The position numbers and the translations under genes were made by a program. DNA of 64,000 bases from a virus: positions 1 through 64,000 of the IMG/VR virus record IMGVR_UViG_3300037584_005429, one strand, 5' to 3'. A model generated the notes under the pieces. It did no database searches. It saw nothing but the letters and a program-made list of their open reading frames with translations, and was not told the origin of the DNA. Shown piece by piece: positions 27,618 through 36,238 of the stretch (the first letter of the stretch is position 1; each line of letters begins with the position of its first letter).

Positions 27618-28058
27618 TTAATCGTAATAAGTGTCGTTTAAGTTAGATGACCTCATGTGTTTAGTTCTCCTATTGACAGTAACGTTTTTAAAATGTTCTA
27701 ACACATCATCTTGTTCTTTTATTTTATTTTTTTGTTCGTTTATTATATTATTTTTTTCAGTTAACTCTTTTTTAAGTTTTTCTAACTCATCAATCAACTG
27801 AGTGTCTTTTACTTCTTTAGTTATTATTTTTTCAATTATAACTTCTTTTTCTACCGGTATTTCTTTAATTACTTCTTTTATAACTTCTTTTTCTACTGGT
27901 ACTTCTTGTATTTGTGATTTGGGTAAAAATGGTGCTATACCGTACTTGTCTAGTGTTAGCCCATCTTTAGCACATTTAACAATAAATCCATCAATATCTT
28001 CTATTTCATTTAATTGGCAATATTCTTTAAACTCTTTCTGTTGTGTTTTACTAAGCAT
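27618..28058 (-). CDS. Coiled-coil protein with EVPVEKEVIK repeats
   Basis: EVPVEKEVIKEVIKEIPVEKEVIIEKIITKEVK. Confidence 0.7.
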   Translation of the reverse strand: MLSKTQQKEFKEYCQLNEIEDIDGFIVKCAKDGLTLDKYGIAPFLPKSQIQEVPVEKEVIKEVIKEIPVEKEVIIEKIITKEVKDTQLIDELEKLKKELTEKNNIINEQKNKIKEQDDVLEHFKNVTVNRRTKHMRSSNLNDTYYD

Positions 28059-28836
28059 TTGTTAAAATTTCTTTACCGTTTTCAATATCTTCTATATCTT
28101 TTATCTTAAAATTAAGATAAGGTTGGGGATTATCAATATTAAAAAACTTATATTTTTTTGTTTCTACATTATATAATCCGTATCCGTGATTTTTTATACT
28201 TTCACCAAAATTCTGATTTATCATTGACCCCACCATATAAGCTTTTTTATTACCTGGTATTTTAAATGTTTGTCTTTTATGTATATCTCCAGCTAATACT
28301 ACATCACACCCCTCAAATATTTCAACACTATAACCATCTTCAAATTCAAAACCTATATCAGTATATAAACCAATTATTGGTCCGTGAAATAAACCTATTT
28401 TATGTTCTTTACAACTTTCTGGAATTTCAGGTCTAGTATTATGTGTTAATAATGAGTATACACACCACAATATATTATTGTCTTTATAACATCCTTTATC
28501 TTTATAGTATGTTATATTAGGATTATTTAAACTTTCTACTACTGGAGATATAGCGTCCATCCTATCTAGATTATTTTCTAAAAAATCATGATTACCAATT
28601 ATGTAAACACATTTACAGATTTTTGCGGTTTCTGTCATAAACCATGACATTAAATTTATAAGTTCTGGTGTCATTTGGTTTTTAGAATGAACAAAATCAC
28701 CGGTAAAAACTATTCTATCTGGTGATAATTTTTTCCACTCTTTAAGTGCAATTTCTAATATATTTTTATCCCTTAAATGTTGTTTATATAACTTTAAGTG
28801 TAAATCTGAATAGTGTATGATAGTTTTAATAGACAT
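28051..28836 (-). CDS. SbcD/Mre11 (T4 gp47-like) metallophosphoesterase nuclease, short form
   Basis: SDLH, TGDFVH, IGNHD, LFHG, GDIHKRQ, GSMINQNFGE. Confidence 0.85.
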   Translation of the reverse strand: MSIKTIIHYSDLHLKLYKQHLRDKNILEIALKEWKKLSPDRIVFTGDFVHSKNQMTPELINLMSWFMTETAKICKCVYIIGNHDFLENNLDRMDAISPVVESLNNPNITYYKDKGCYKDNNILWCVYSLLTHNTRPEIPESCKEHKIGLFHGPIIGLYTDIGFEFEDGYSVEIFEGCDVVLAGDIHKRQTFKIPGNKKAYMVGSMINQNFGESIKNHGYGLYNVETKKYKFFNIDNPQPYLNFKIKDIEDIENGKEILTNA

Positions 28837-29522
28837 TAACTTTTAATTTGTTTTAAATGCATAAATAAAGCTGTTAAAGACATACAAATTACCATTTTAA
28901 TAAAGCCCCCATAAGCTATATAAATTATATAACCTAAAACAGTTAACATTAAAATAATTACTCTCATATTTTTGTATAAATTTAACCAAATTGTATAAAG
29001 ATACGGAAATTTATCTCTCCACTTTTTTTTGTCGGGGTCTCCTTCATAATAAACTGGTAGTGAATAGGTATTTTCAGGAAAATATCTTATAGTGAACCAA
29101 GTTATAATACCTAACATAACGGTAGCTAAAAAGTTATCTATAAAAAAGTACCAGATAATAATAGCAAATAATATAAAATTTATTATTTTAATTATTTTTT
29201 TTTGATTACTACTAAATAAAGGTTTTAACATTCTCTCATATAAATCTTTTAATGAAGTTTTAGGTGCATCTTGTAAAATAACTTCTACTTCATAATCTTC
29301 ACCATACATTTCTTCTAAAACTTTTACTCTGTGATTGCCATTTATTACATTATATTTTTCTTCTTGTTTATAAACTAGAATATATGAAAAATTTTCTGGT
29401 TTATAGCCTTGGGTTTTTATACTTTTTCTTAGTCTACGCCAACTATAGAATATTGATGTTGTTGTTCTTTTACCTATGGTCTTAATATCTTTTAGTTTTA
29501 CTTTTATTTTTTGTTTACCCAT
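28836..29522 (-). CDS. ParB/sulfiredoxin-like domain fused to ~4 TM helices
   Basis: LRKSIKTQG...ILV...YNVINGNHRVKVL, followed by two hydrophobic hairpins. Confidence 0.65.
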   Translation of the reverse strand: MGKQKIKVKLKDIKTIGKRTTTSIFYSWRRLRKSIKTQGYKPENFSYILVYKQEEKYNVINGNHRVKVLEEMYGEDYEVEVILQDAPKTSLKDLYERMLKPLFSSNQKKIIKIINFILFAIIIWYFFIDNFLATVMLGIITWFTIRYFPENTYSLPVYYEGDPDKKKWRDKFPYLYTIWLNLYKNMRVIILMLTVLGYIIYIAYGGFIKMVICMSLTALFMHLKQIKS

Positions 29523-30288
29523 TCTTATTCATTATTTTTAAAATTTCATCTCTAAAATCGTAACACTTCATAATCTTATAAGTTTCATTATTTTCATTAA
29601 ACCAAACAATATAACAATCACCTATTTCTAATTCGGTATTTCTTTCAACTATTAATTTATAAAAAGATAGTTGTAAAGAGTATGTATTCAATTCACAAAC
29701 ATCTAGATGAGATAAAGGTTCTTTAAATTGTTGCCATTTATTATATTTTTTTATTTCTTTATTGGTTTTCCAATCCCAAATTTCTAATTTTTTAGACTTT
29801 TCATTATAAAATAACTGGTCAATCATCCCTGTAATACCCCACTCTTTATCTCCAACTACAATTTCTGCTCTAACTGGTATTAATTTACCAAAAGATTTTT
29901 CATAAAACTCACCAAACATTTTTGTTAGTTTGTTAACAGCTTGTTTACATTCTAACATATTTTCTACACTACCTAAAGCTTCTGTAATTTTATGTTCTGG
30001 AAAAGGAAATAATTTATTTGTTAAAAAATTTTCAGCATATTCATGAAAAGCCGAACCTTTTTCACAAGAAAAGTCTGCCTTATATTTCCATTCTTTTAAT
30101 ATTTCTTCTTTTGTAATCCCTCTTTCATCTGCCTTTTTTTGTGACCAATAATCTTTATCAAATGGATGTTTATATTTAGATATTACAGATGTAACAGATT
30201 TAGTTCTTACACCATCTAGATAATATATGTGTTCCTTATCATGAAACTTTATATTATTAAACTTAGCTAATTCTCTAATAATTTTCAT
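29515..30288 (-). CDS. PD-(D/E)xK exonuclease (RecB/Cas4-like)
   Basis: SVTSVI, GSAFHEYAE, GMIDQL, IWDWKT, YSLQLSFY. Confidence 0.85.
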   Translation of the reverse strand: MKIIRELAKFNNIKFHDKEHIYYLDGVRTKSVTSVISKYKHPFDKDYWSQKKADERGITKEEILKEWKYKADFSCEKGSAFHEYAENFLTNKLFPFPEHKITEALGSVENMLECKQAVNKLTKMFGEFYEKSFGKLIPVRAEIVVGDKEWGITGMIDQLFYNEKSKKLEIWDWKTNKEIKKYNKWQQFKEPLSHLDVCELNTYSLQLSFYKLIVERNTELEIGDCYIVWFNENNETYKIMKCYDFRDEILKIMNKNG

Positions 30289-31203
30289 TTACAATAATTT
30301 TATTTCTTTTAGGCCTTCTAAACCACCTAGTTCACCAACATCTTTATCTTTAGGTAATTTTATTAATCTAATTCTACCTGTTAATTTACCACCATCTAAT
30401 TTACGGTATAGTTTTTCTGCGTCATTCCACGCATCACCATCTAAACAAATTATAACATTTTTTTTACAATTATCATATAGTTTATTCCATAATTTATCAC
30501 TAACATTTTTACCTAAAACTGGTATTGAGTTACTAACGAAAAACATATCGAATACACCTTCTACCAAATAAACATCTTCTTCCCAATTTATTTGGTGTTC
30601 ATTAAAAATAATCTTGTCTTTTTCTGCTTCTGGATTTTTATATTTATTTTTGTGTCCAACATATGAACGAGAAACAAAGTAGTTAATATCACCACTTTCG
30701 TCAAATGAAGGTACTATAATCCTACCTCTATAATTACCCTCGGTAGTATATCCTAAAGAATATTTTGTTATAATTTCATCACTTATATTTCTTTTTCTTA
30801 AATAATTATAAGCTTCTTTGTATGGTATAGTTAATTTATTACCCTTAGTAAAAGATATATATTCGTTAGGTAAAGTAACATCTTTATAGGTTCTTTTTTG
30901 TGTTTTTATAAAATCACCACCTATTAATTTCCATGTAGATTTATTTCTTTTATTACCCCACTTTAAAAATAATTTATTTAAAGAACCATGTGTACCGTAG
31001 GTCTCCGAACATGCCCAACACTTATAGACCCCTTGATGATAGTTTACCTCAAAATTACCTTTACCATCACCCCTGTCTAAACCTTTTATGTCATACGAAC
31101 ATACTGGACAATCAAATGAAATTTGTCCTTTGTTTGGGTAGTGTGAATTTATGTCACCTAAAACATCTTGTAATAGTTCTAATAGTAGTGGGTTATCTTC
31201 CAT
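30289..31203 (-). CDS. dnaG: DNA primase (zinc finger plus TOPRIM)
   Basis: CPVC...CWAC, YLRKRNI, RIIVP, KYKNP, LVEGVFD, CLDGDA, KDVGE. Confidence 0.88.
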   Translation of the reverse strand: MEDNPLLLELLQDVLGDINSHYPNKGQISFDCPVCSYDIKGLDRGDGKGNFEVNYHQGVYKCWACSETYGTHGSLNKLFLKWGNKRNKSTWKLIGGDFIKTQKRTYKDVTLPNEYISFTKGNKLTIPYKEAYNYLRKRNISDEIITKYSLGYTTEGNYRGRIIVPSFDESGDINYFVSRSYVGHKNKYKNPEAEKDKIIFNEHQINWEEDVYLVEGVFDMFFVSNSIPVLGKNVSDKLWNKLYDNCKKNVIICLDGDAWNDAEKLYRKLDGGKLTGRIRLIKLPKDKDVGELGGLEGLKEIKLL

Positions 31204-31207
31204 GTAG

Positions 31208-31238
31208 TAAATGTATGGAATTTTTATTGGTTAATCAA
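31208..31238 (-). promoter_or_regulatory. Sigma70-type promoter of the primase operon, leaderless
   Basis: TTGATT-N17-TACATTTA-N4-ATG. Confidence 0.6.
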
Positions 31239-31835
31239 TTACCAAATGTTTTTTTGTTTCATAGCACCTAACACACAAGTATAAGCATCTGCCATGTCAT
31301 AATTTTCTTTTTTAAGTGTATTATTACGTGTATATGCCCATGTTAAGTGAGGTTCTCTGTCTGAAACGTGTTGCCAAATTATCTGTTTTTTATCACACCC
31401 TACTTCATATTTTCCAAATAATACTTTTCTACCTTTATTATTTTCTGTAAATAAACTAGGAAAAGCAAATTTTCTTGAGTTGTATGTTGATATGAATTCT
31501 GGGACTATACCTAAAACATCATAGATTACTCTAGTAATAAATGAGTTATATCTCATTAGAGTAGCAACAGTTCTAATGTTATTAGAATTAATTAGTGGCT
31601 CTTCTATCACTACTTGTGTTATGCCAACTTTAGTATAATCACTTAGTTTATTCTTAAAGTGGTTAGTTTTTTCTAACATTTCTTCTACTTTACTATCTTT
31701 AGGTGGTTTAATTTTTGGTGAAAAATGTGTTAACTCTAAAAGTTGTCCATCTTGTAAGTCAAATAAAGCCCACCCTATAGTTTTTGTAGATATATCTAAC
31801 CCTAAAATTTTAGGTCTATTTCCAATATTTTTCAT
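31239..31835 (-). CDS. RuvC-like Holliday junction resolvase
   Basis: ILGLDISTKTIG, VVIEEP, DMADAY. Confidence 0.8.
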   Translation of the reverse strand: MKNIGNRPKILGLDISTKTIGWALFDLQDGQLLELTHFSPKIKPPKDSKVEEMLEKTNHFKNKLSDYTKVGITQVVIEEPLINSNNIRTVATLMRYNSFITRVIYDVLGIVPEFISTYNSRKFAFPSLFTENNKGRKVLFGKYEVGCDKKQIIWQHVSDREPHLTWAYTRNNTLKKENYDMADAYTCVLGAMKQKNIW

Positions 31836-31845
31836 AATTAAAATA

Positions 31846-33051
31846 TTAGAATTTTAACTTCAAAGTCAAGGTTACTGGTGTATTTTTAGGTTTTTTAATT
31901 GGTCTATCTGGTTTTGCTATAGCTAATAATCTATTTTGTGCATCATATAACCCTATCTCTGTTATAAAAGTAGATGTTACATCTGATAAATCCCATACTT
32001 GATTTACTTCACCAAAAGGTGTCATAAATTGTATTCCAGTATCACTACCTCCAGCGCCATAATAAGGTGCATCTGCACTTGCTGCCGTTTGGTTTTCTGT
32101 TATAAAGAATTCACCGGAATTGGCGACAACATTAATAGTTAACAATATTTCTCTTTCAAAAGAATAATAAGTACAAGAACCAGATGTATCTGCCGTAAAA
32201 AATACTTGGGTAAATGCTGATTCTGCACCAGTGTAACCATAGTCAATTGTAGTTGCACTTGTACCAGAAGCTGAACCAGAATATAAGAAATTTTGTACTA
32301 TTGTTGGGTCTGTTAGAACTATAAATCCTTTGTCTAAGTAACAAATTCCTACTGGAATATCTTGTGATTGTGCATATGCTTTAGGTGTGTTAGATGAAGA
32401 TACTGTGTCGGTAAATCTAAAGTTATCTACACCACCATCAGTATATCCGTTAGGTATTATATCTTCTTGCCAACCACTAGACCAGCTTGTTATGGTAGTT
32501 GTTGTAGAGGATAATTGTGGGCCTAAAATTTCATCTGTAAATAAAAATGCTATATTTGTGGAGTGCATACTAGGGTCACCTTTCACATTTTCATCTCTTA
32601 TAGATGGGTTACCAAAATATTCACCATTTAAAGAATTATCAGATGAAAATGGTTCTGGTTCGTAATAAGAACTATAGAAATCTAAGGTATTACCAACTTC
32701 ACCCCCACGGTATGTTCCACCCATAGGTAATGTTAGTTTAATTGTTCTCCCATCTATAAGTTCACCATAGGTGTTAACTCCTATATCAACAACAACTACG
32801 TTCTCTTGACTTAGACCACTAAAACCACTTCTTACCCAAGAAGACTCAAATGTTTCACATTGTGCTGAAGTTGTAGGGAGGTTAAATGATGAGAATAAGT
32901 TTGAAAAGGGTCTCCCATTAGAAGGGTCTCGTTGTACTGCTGTAAATGTTAGTGAAGTACCTGTTGTAGTAGTCCATCCATTCCCTGACCAAGGAACTAA
33001 TGTAGTTTCTATAAATTTTTCGTTTGCTGATATTCTTTTAAGTTTTCCCAT
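31846..33051 (-). CDS. Tail/baseplate structural protein (tail-collar/DUF3751-like C-terminus)
   Basis: ITEIGLYDAQNRLLAIAKPDRPIKK..VTLTLKLKF. Confidence 0.65.
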   Translation of the reverse strand: MGKLKRISANEKFIETTLVPWSGNGWTTTTGTSLTFTAVQRDPSNGRPFSNLFSSFNLPTTSAQCETFESSWVRSGFSGLSQENVVVVDIGVNTYGELIDGRTIKLTLPMGGTYRGGEVGNTLDFYSSYYEPEPFSSDNSLNGEYFGNPSIRDENVKGDPSMHSTNIAFLFTDEILGPQLSSTTTTITSWSSGWQEDIIPNGYTDGGVDNFRFTDTVSSSNTPKAYAQSQDIPVGICYLDKGFIVLTDPTIVQNFLYSGSASGTSATTIDYGYTGAESAFTQVFFTADTSGSCTYYSFEREILLTINVVANSGEFFITENQTAASADAPYYGAGGSDTGIQFMTPFGEVNQVWDLSDVTSTFITEIGLYDAQNRLLAIAKPDRPIKKPKNTPVTLTLKLKF

Positions 33052-33052
33052 T

Positions 33053-33487
33053 TTAATTCCAATTTTTATAATTAGCTGAATTAGTGTTTGTATCTAAAGC
33101 TAAGGACGCTCTACCTGGAAAGTAAAGTTTTATCATATGAAAAGGGCTAGCTTCACCCATATTATTTCCATTACTTTGTACTCCAGGAAAAACTGTTCTT
33201 TTTGTTAGTTTACCATTACTAGGGTAATCAACAAACATTATTTTACCTTTATCAGGTGAACTCATTACTGATAAATATTTAGATGTTTTAAATCTAGCAC
33301 TATACTCACCAGGTGTACCAAAAAAATCCATTCCGTTCCCTCCTGTAGATACTATATCCTGGTATCTATTTCTACCACCTTTTATAGTTTGCATGTCAAA
33401 GTATTGAATGGGTATTTTACCCACTTTACCACTATTTTCAGTGTAATTACTATTCTGTCTGTACCAATTTAATGCTTTTACATTCAT
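33053..33487 (-). CDS. Hypothetical protein in structural cluster
   Basis: ORF track; 1-4 nt gaps to neighbours. Confidence 0.6.
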   Translation of the reverse strand: MNVKALNWYRQNSNYTENSGKVGKIPIQYFDMQTIKGGRNRYQDIVSTGGNGMDFFGTPGEYSARFKTSKYLSVMSSPDKGKIMFVDYPSNGKLTKRTVFPGVQSNGNNMGEASPFHMIKLYFPGRASLALDTNTNSANYKNWN

Positions 33488-33491
33488 AATT

Positions 33492-35378
33492 TTAAATTTC
33501 TTGTCCTGTTATTACTTTCCTAAATAAAGCATCCCCCGCACTTGTTGTCCAAGTAGTGGAAGCTCCTGAAGCGTAACCAAATCCTCTAGGGTCTGGTGAA
33601 AATGATGTCTTAGTTTCTCCTGCAGCACCATAAAACTTAAATTCTGCGTCATCATATATTCTATAATAATTTTGTGAAGAAACAGTATTGTACGATACTG
33701 AGTCAGTAACAGCCTCTTTATTAAATTTAAATCTAACGGTTACTTTACAAGGTGCTGCACTAGGTGAGTTTTGAGAATATACTGTCCATGTTACTGGTAT
33801 AGATATATTGTAGTGGTTAAGACTGGAACCACTTAACCCACTTCTAAAACCACCACTATAGGTGTCTGTTCTCCAAAAATTGTTATTTTGTGATGCTACA
33901 CCAACGAATATTTCGTCAGCCATTTTCATCATACGTGTACTTAGGGTGTAGTAAGGTTCAGTTTGTGCAGCAACTCTTCCAGAATCTATACTTATTGCAT
34001 TATCTTTAGATGGTAAAATACTAAAATAAGGACTAGCTCCTCTTAAACCATTTTGATTTATGTTCCAGTTGGATGTGTATTCTAACCCACCAACTAATAA
34101 TCCAAAAGTATCTGAAGGATGAGTAGTTTTAGTTATATTAATACCTTTAGCTTGTTGTCCATTTATTTCAATATATTTACCTTCTTCTTGACTTAATCTT
34201 TTCATTTTTATTGGGTAGTATGTTGGGGATACGTCATTACCTTTATTGATGTTTAATACTAACCTTGCTGTAGGTAATGTGGTTGTGATATTAGCGTATC
34301 CCTCATTTTCTAAGTTCTCAGTACCCACACTTGTTTCCATATCCACAGTAGAAACAAACCCCATAAAAGTATTTGTGATGTCTATCATGTCAGTTGCCCA
34401 ACCTGTTTGTTTATTAGACATATCAAATGTTGGGTACGGTGCTACACTACTTTCATCCCAATTATTTATACCACCACAATTTAAATAACCCATACTAAAA
34501 GCTTCGAAACCTATACCTGCAGAACCAGAACCTTTTGTATATCTAGTTCTTTCATTATTTAATGAAGGTGAAAATACTAAAGAAAATGGAGATGCTACAT
34601 TTAATCCTTTTAGGTAGGTACCATTAAAATTAATACCCATATTTTCACCCCTAGTCATAAACGCTCCACCAGCTAAAGCTAAACCATTAAAATAACTATA
34701 GTCTTTCATTGGTACTAACTTTACATCTTCACTTCTAAATTCTGCTCCAGTATATACTCTGACACTATCCCAAAAATCTAAGTATTGACTAATACCGAAT
34801 TCAGATAAGTCGTTAAGAAAAGAATCATAATCAGAATTAGTTAAAACATTTAAAGTATCTTTAAAATAATTGTTAAGACTTTCCTCAATAGTTGTTGGGT
34901 TGGATGATAGTATGTCTTTATGGTCTGCTATATATTTCGAAGCTAATAATTTATTTAATACAAAATAGTCGTGAAGATACACATCTATTTCTACATTATC
35001 TCTATAATATTTAACACTACCATTTGTTGTTTTAACACCTACAGCTACATATGTTGTTTCATTACCTCTAATGTTAATAGCATTAGTTTCAGGTGTTGCC
35101 CATATTATATTTTTTTGTTTATAACCATTGTTAACTTGTTTTCTAAAATTTATTAGATTACCTGTAGGGTATGGAATATAGCCTAATTGTGCAGAATCAT
35201 TAGTCGTAGCGTTAGTATCTGCGTGTTTTTGGGAATTTCTGTAGTCTATGTCAGCATCTGAAATAGCAAATTTTTCAAATAATGAAGTTAAACTCTTGCT
35301 TTCTAAGACCCGTCTACGTCCCTCATCAGTTAATTGTAACTCTAATGTCGTTGTTGTTGCACTCGTTATATATGCCAT
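33492..35378 (-). CDS. Structural protein, paralogous N-terminus LT.EGR...KFA.SD.DIDY
   Basis: N-terminal motif shared with 35429-36238 and 36238-38667. Confidence 0.6.
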   Translation of the reverse strand: MAYITSATTTTLELQLTDEGRRRVLESKSLTSLFEKFAISDADIDYRNSQKHADTNATTNDSAQLGYIPYPTGNLINFRKQVNNGYKQKNIIWATPETNAINIRGNETTYVAVGVKTTNGSVKYYRDNVEIDVYLHDYFVLNKLLASKYIADHKDILSSNPTTIEESLNNYFKDTLNVLTNSDYDSFLNDLSEFGISQYLDFWDSVRVYTGAEFRSEDVKLVPMKDYSYFNGLALAGGAFMTRGENMGINFNGTYLKGLNVASPFSLVFSPSLNNERTRYTKGSGSAGIGFEAFSMGYLNCGGINNWDESSVAPYPTFDMSNKQTGWATDMIDITNTFMGFVSTVDMETSVGTENLENEGYANITTTLPTARLVLNINKGNDVSPTYYPIKMKRLSQEEGKYIEINGQQAKGINITKTTHPSDTFGLLVGGLEYTSNWNINQNGLRGASPYFSILPSKDNAISIDSGRVAAQTEPYYTLSTRMMKMADEIFVGVASQNNNFWRTDTYSGGFRSGLSGSSLNHYNISIPVTWTVYSQNSPSAAPCKVTVRFKFNKEAVTDSVSYNTVSSQNYYRIYDDAEFKFYGAAGETKTSFSPDPRGFGYASGASTTWTTSAGDALFRKVITGQEI

Positions 35379-35428
35379 TTTTTTATTCTCTTATTATATA
35401 ATTATCTCGTTAAACGATTTCTTTTAAT

Positions 35429-36238
35429 TTAAATACAAGTCATACAATCTCCATTACAAGGTGATTCTTTACCCATATATTCACATAACATACAAAAAAC
35501 ATATTCATCTTTACAATATTCAAATATGTTTTCTCCGTTATTACCCAAACATTTTAAAAAACTATTTAAATCTTTTACACCCACTATACCATCACCATCA
35601 AAATCCCCAATTAATTCATTATTTGTACTTTTATTACCCATTAAACTTAAAAAAGTTTTAAAGTCATTTATATCAACATACCCATCTTGATTAAAATCTG
35701 CACATATAGTGCAGTAAGAAGGAAAATAAGTAGTGACTGACATACCCATACTCCAACAACTACTTTTCATACCAGAAGACGGTATTTCTACTTCTTGGTA
35801 TTTTACGGGTGGTTTATATGCTGACCACAAAGTAGATTGTACATAGTCACTACCAATACTACTATTATAAAATTTAATGTTGCCTTTCTTTATTTCAAAT
35901 TTAGGTCCTTTCATTACAGAGGAAAGAGTTCCATAATCACCTGAAAGTACTAAAGGATTACCACCTCTAGAATCTGGTAAATCATAGAAACAAGAACCAG
36001 TTAAAGCACTAACACTTGTCCCTGTTACACCACAATCACCTGTAACTGATATATTATCTACACAACTACCGTCACCCACAAATCTACGATAATCAATATC
36101 TGAATCTGATAATCCAAATTTTTGAATGGCGTCTAATAGACTAACTTGGGATGTTAGCACTGCTTTTCCGTAATCTGATAGATATAGTCTCATCGTATTA
36201 CCGGATAAAGAATTGTTATGTATGTTTAAAAATGCCAT
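35429..36238 (-). CDS. Structural protein with C-terminal dockerin-like duplicated EF-hand
   Basis: ADFNQDGYVDINDF and GDFDGDGIVGVKDL; N-terminal LSDYGK..KFGLSDSDIDY. Confidence 0.65.
   Translation of the reverse strand: MAFLNIHNNSLSGNTMRLYLSDYGKAVLTSQVSLLDAIQKFGLSDSDIDYRRFVGDGSCVDNISVTGDCGVTGTSVSALTGSCFYDLPDSRGGNPLVLSGDYGTLSSVMKGPKFEIKKGNIKFYNSSIGSDYVQSTLWSAYKPPVKYQEVEIPSSGMKSSCWSMGMSVTTYFPSYCTICADFNQDGYVDINDFKTFLSLMGNKSTNNELIGDFDGDGIVGVKDLNSFLKCLGNNGENIFEYCKDEYVFCMLCEYMGKESPCNGDCMTCI

Noticed and set aside
27780-27910. Nucleotide tandem repeat (acttctttt... units)
   Set aside because: It simply encodes the EVPVEKEVIK peptide repeat, a common low-complexity motif.
29515-30288. Cas4 / CRISPR-associated gene
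   Set aside because: It lacks the four-Cys Fe-S cluster pattern, no array or other cas genes are present, and it sits in a replication context.
20790-31835. Inteins, introns or homing endonucleases in replication genes
   Set aside because: Proteins are of normal or short length, with no intein splice-junction, LAGLIDADG, HNH or GIY-YIG motifs recognised.
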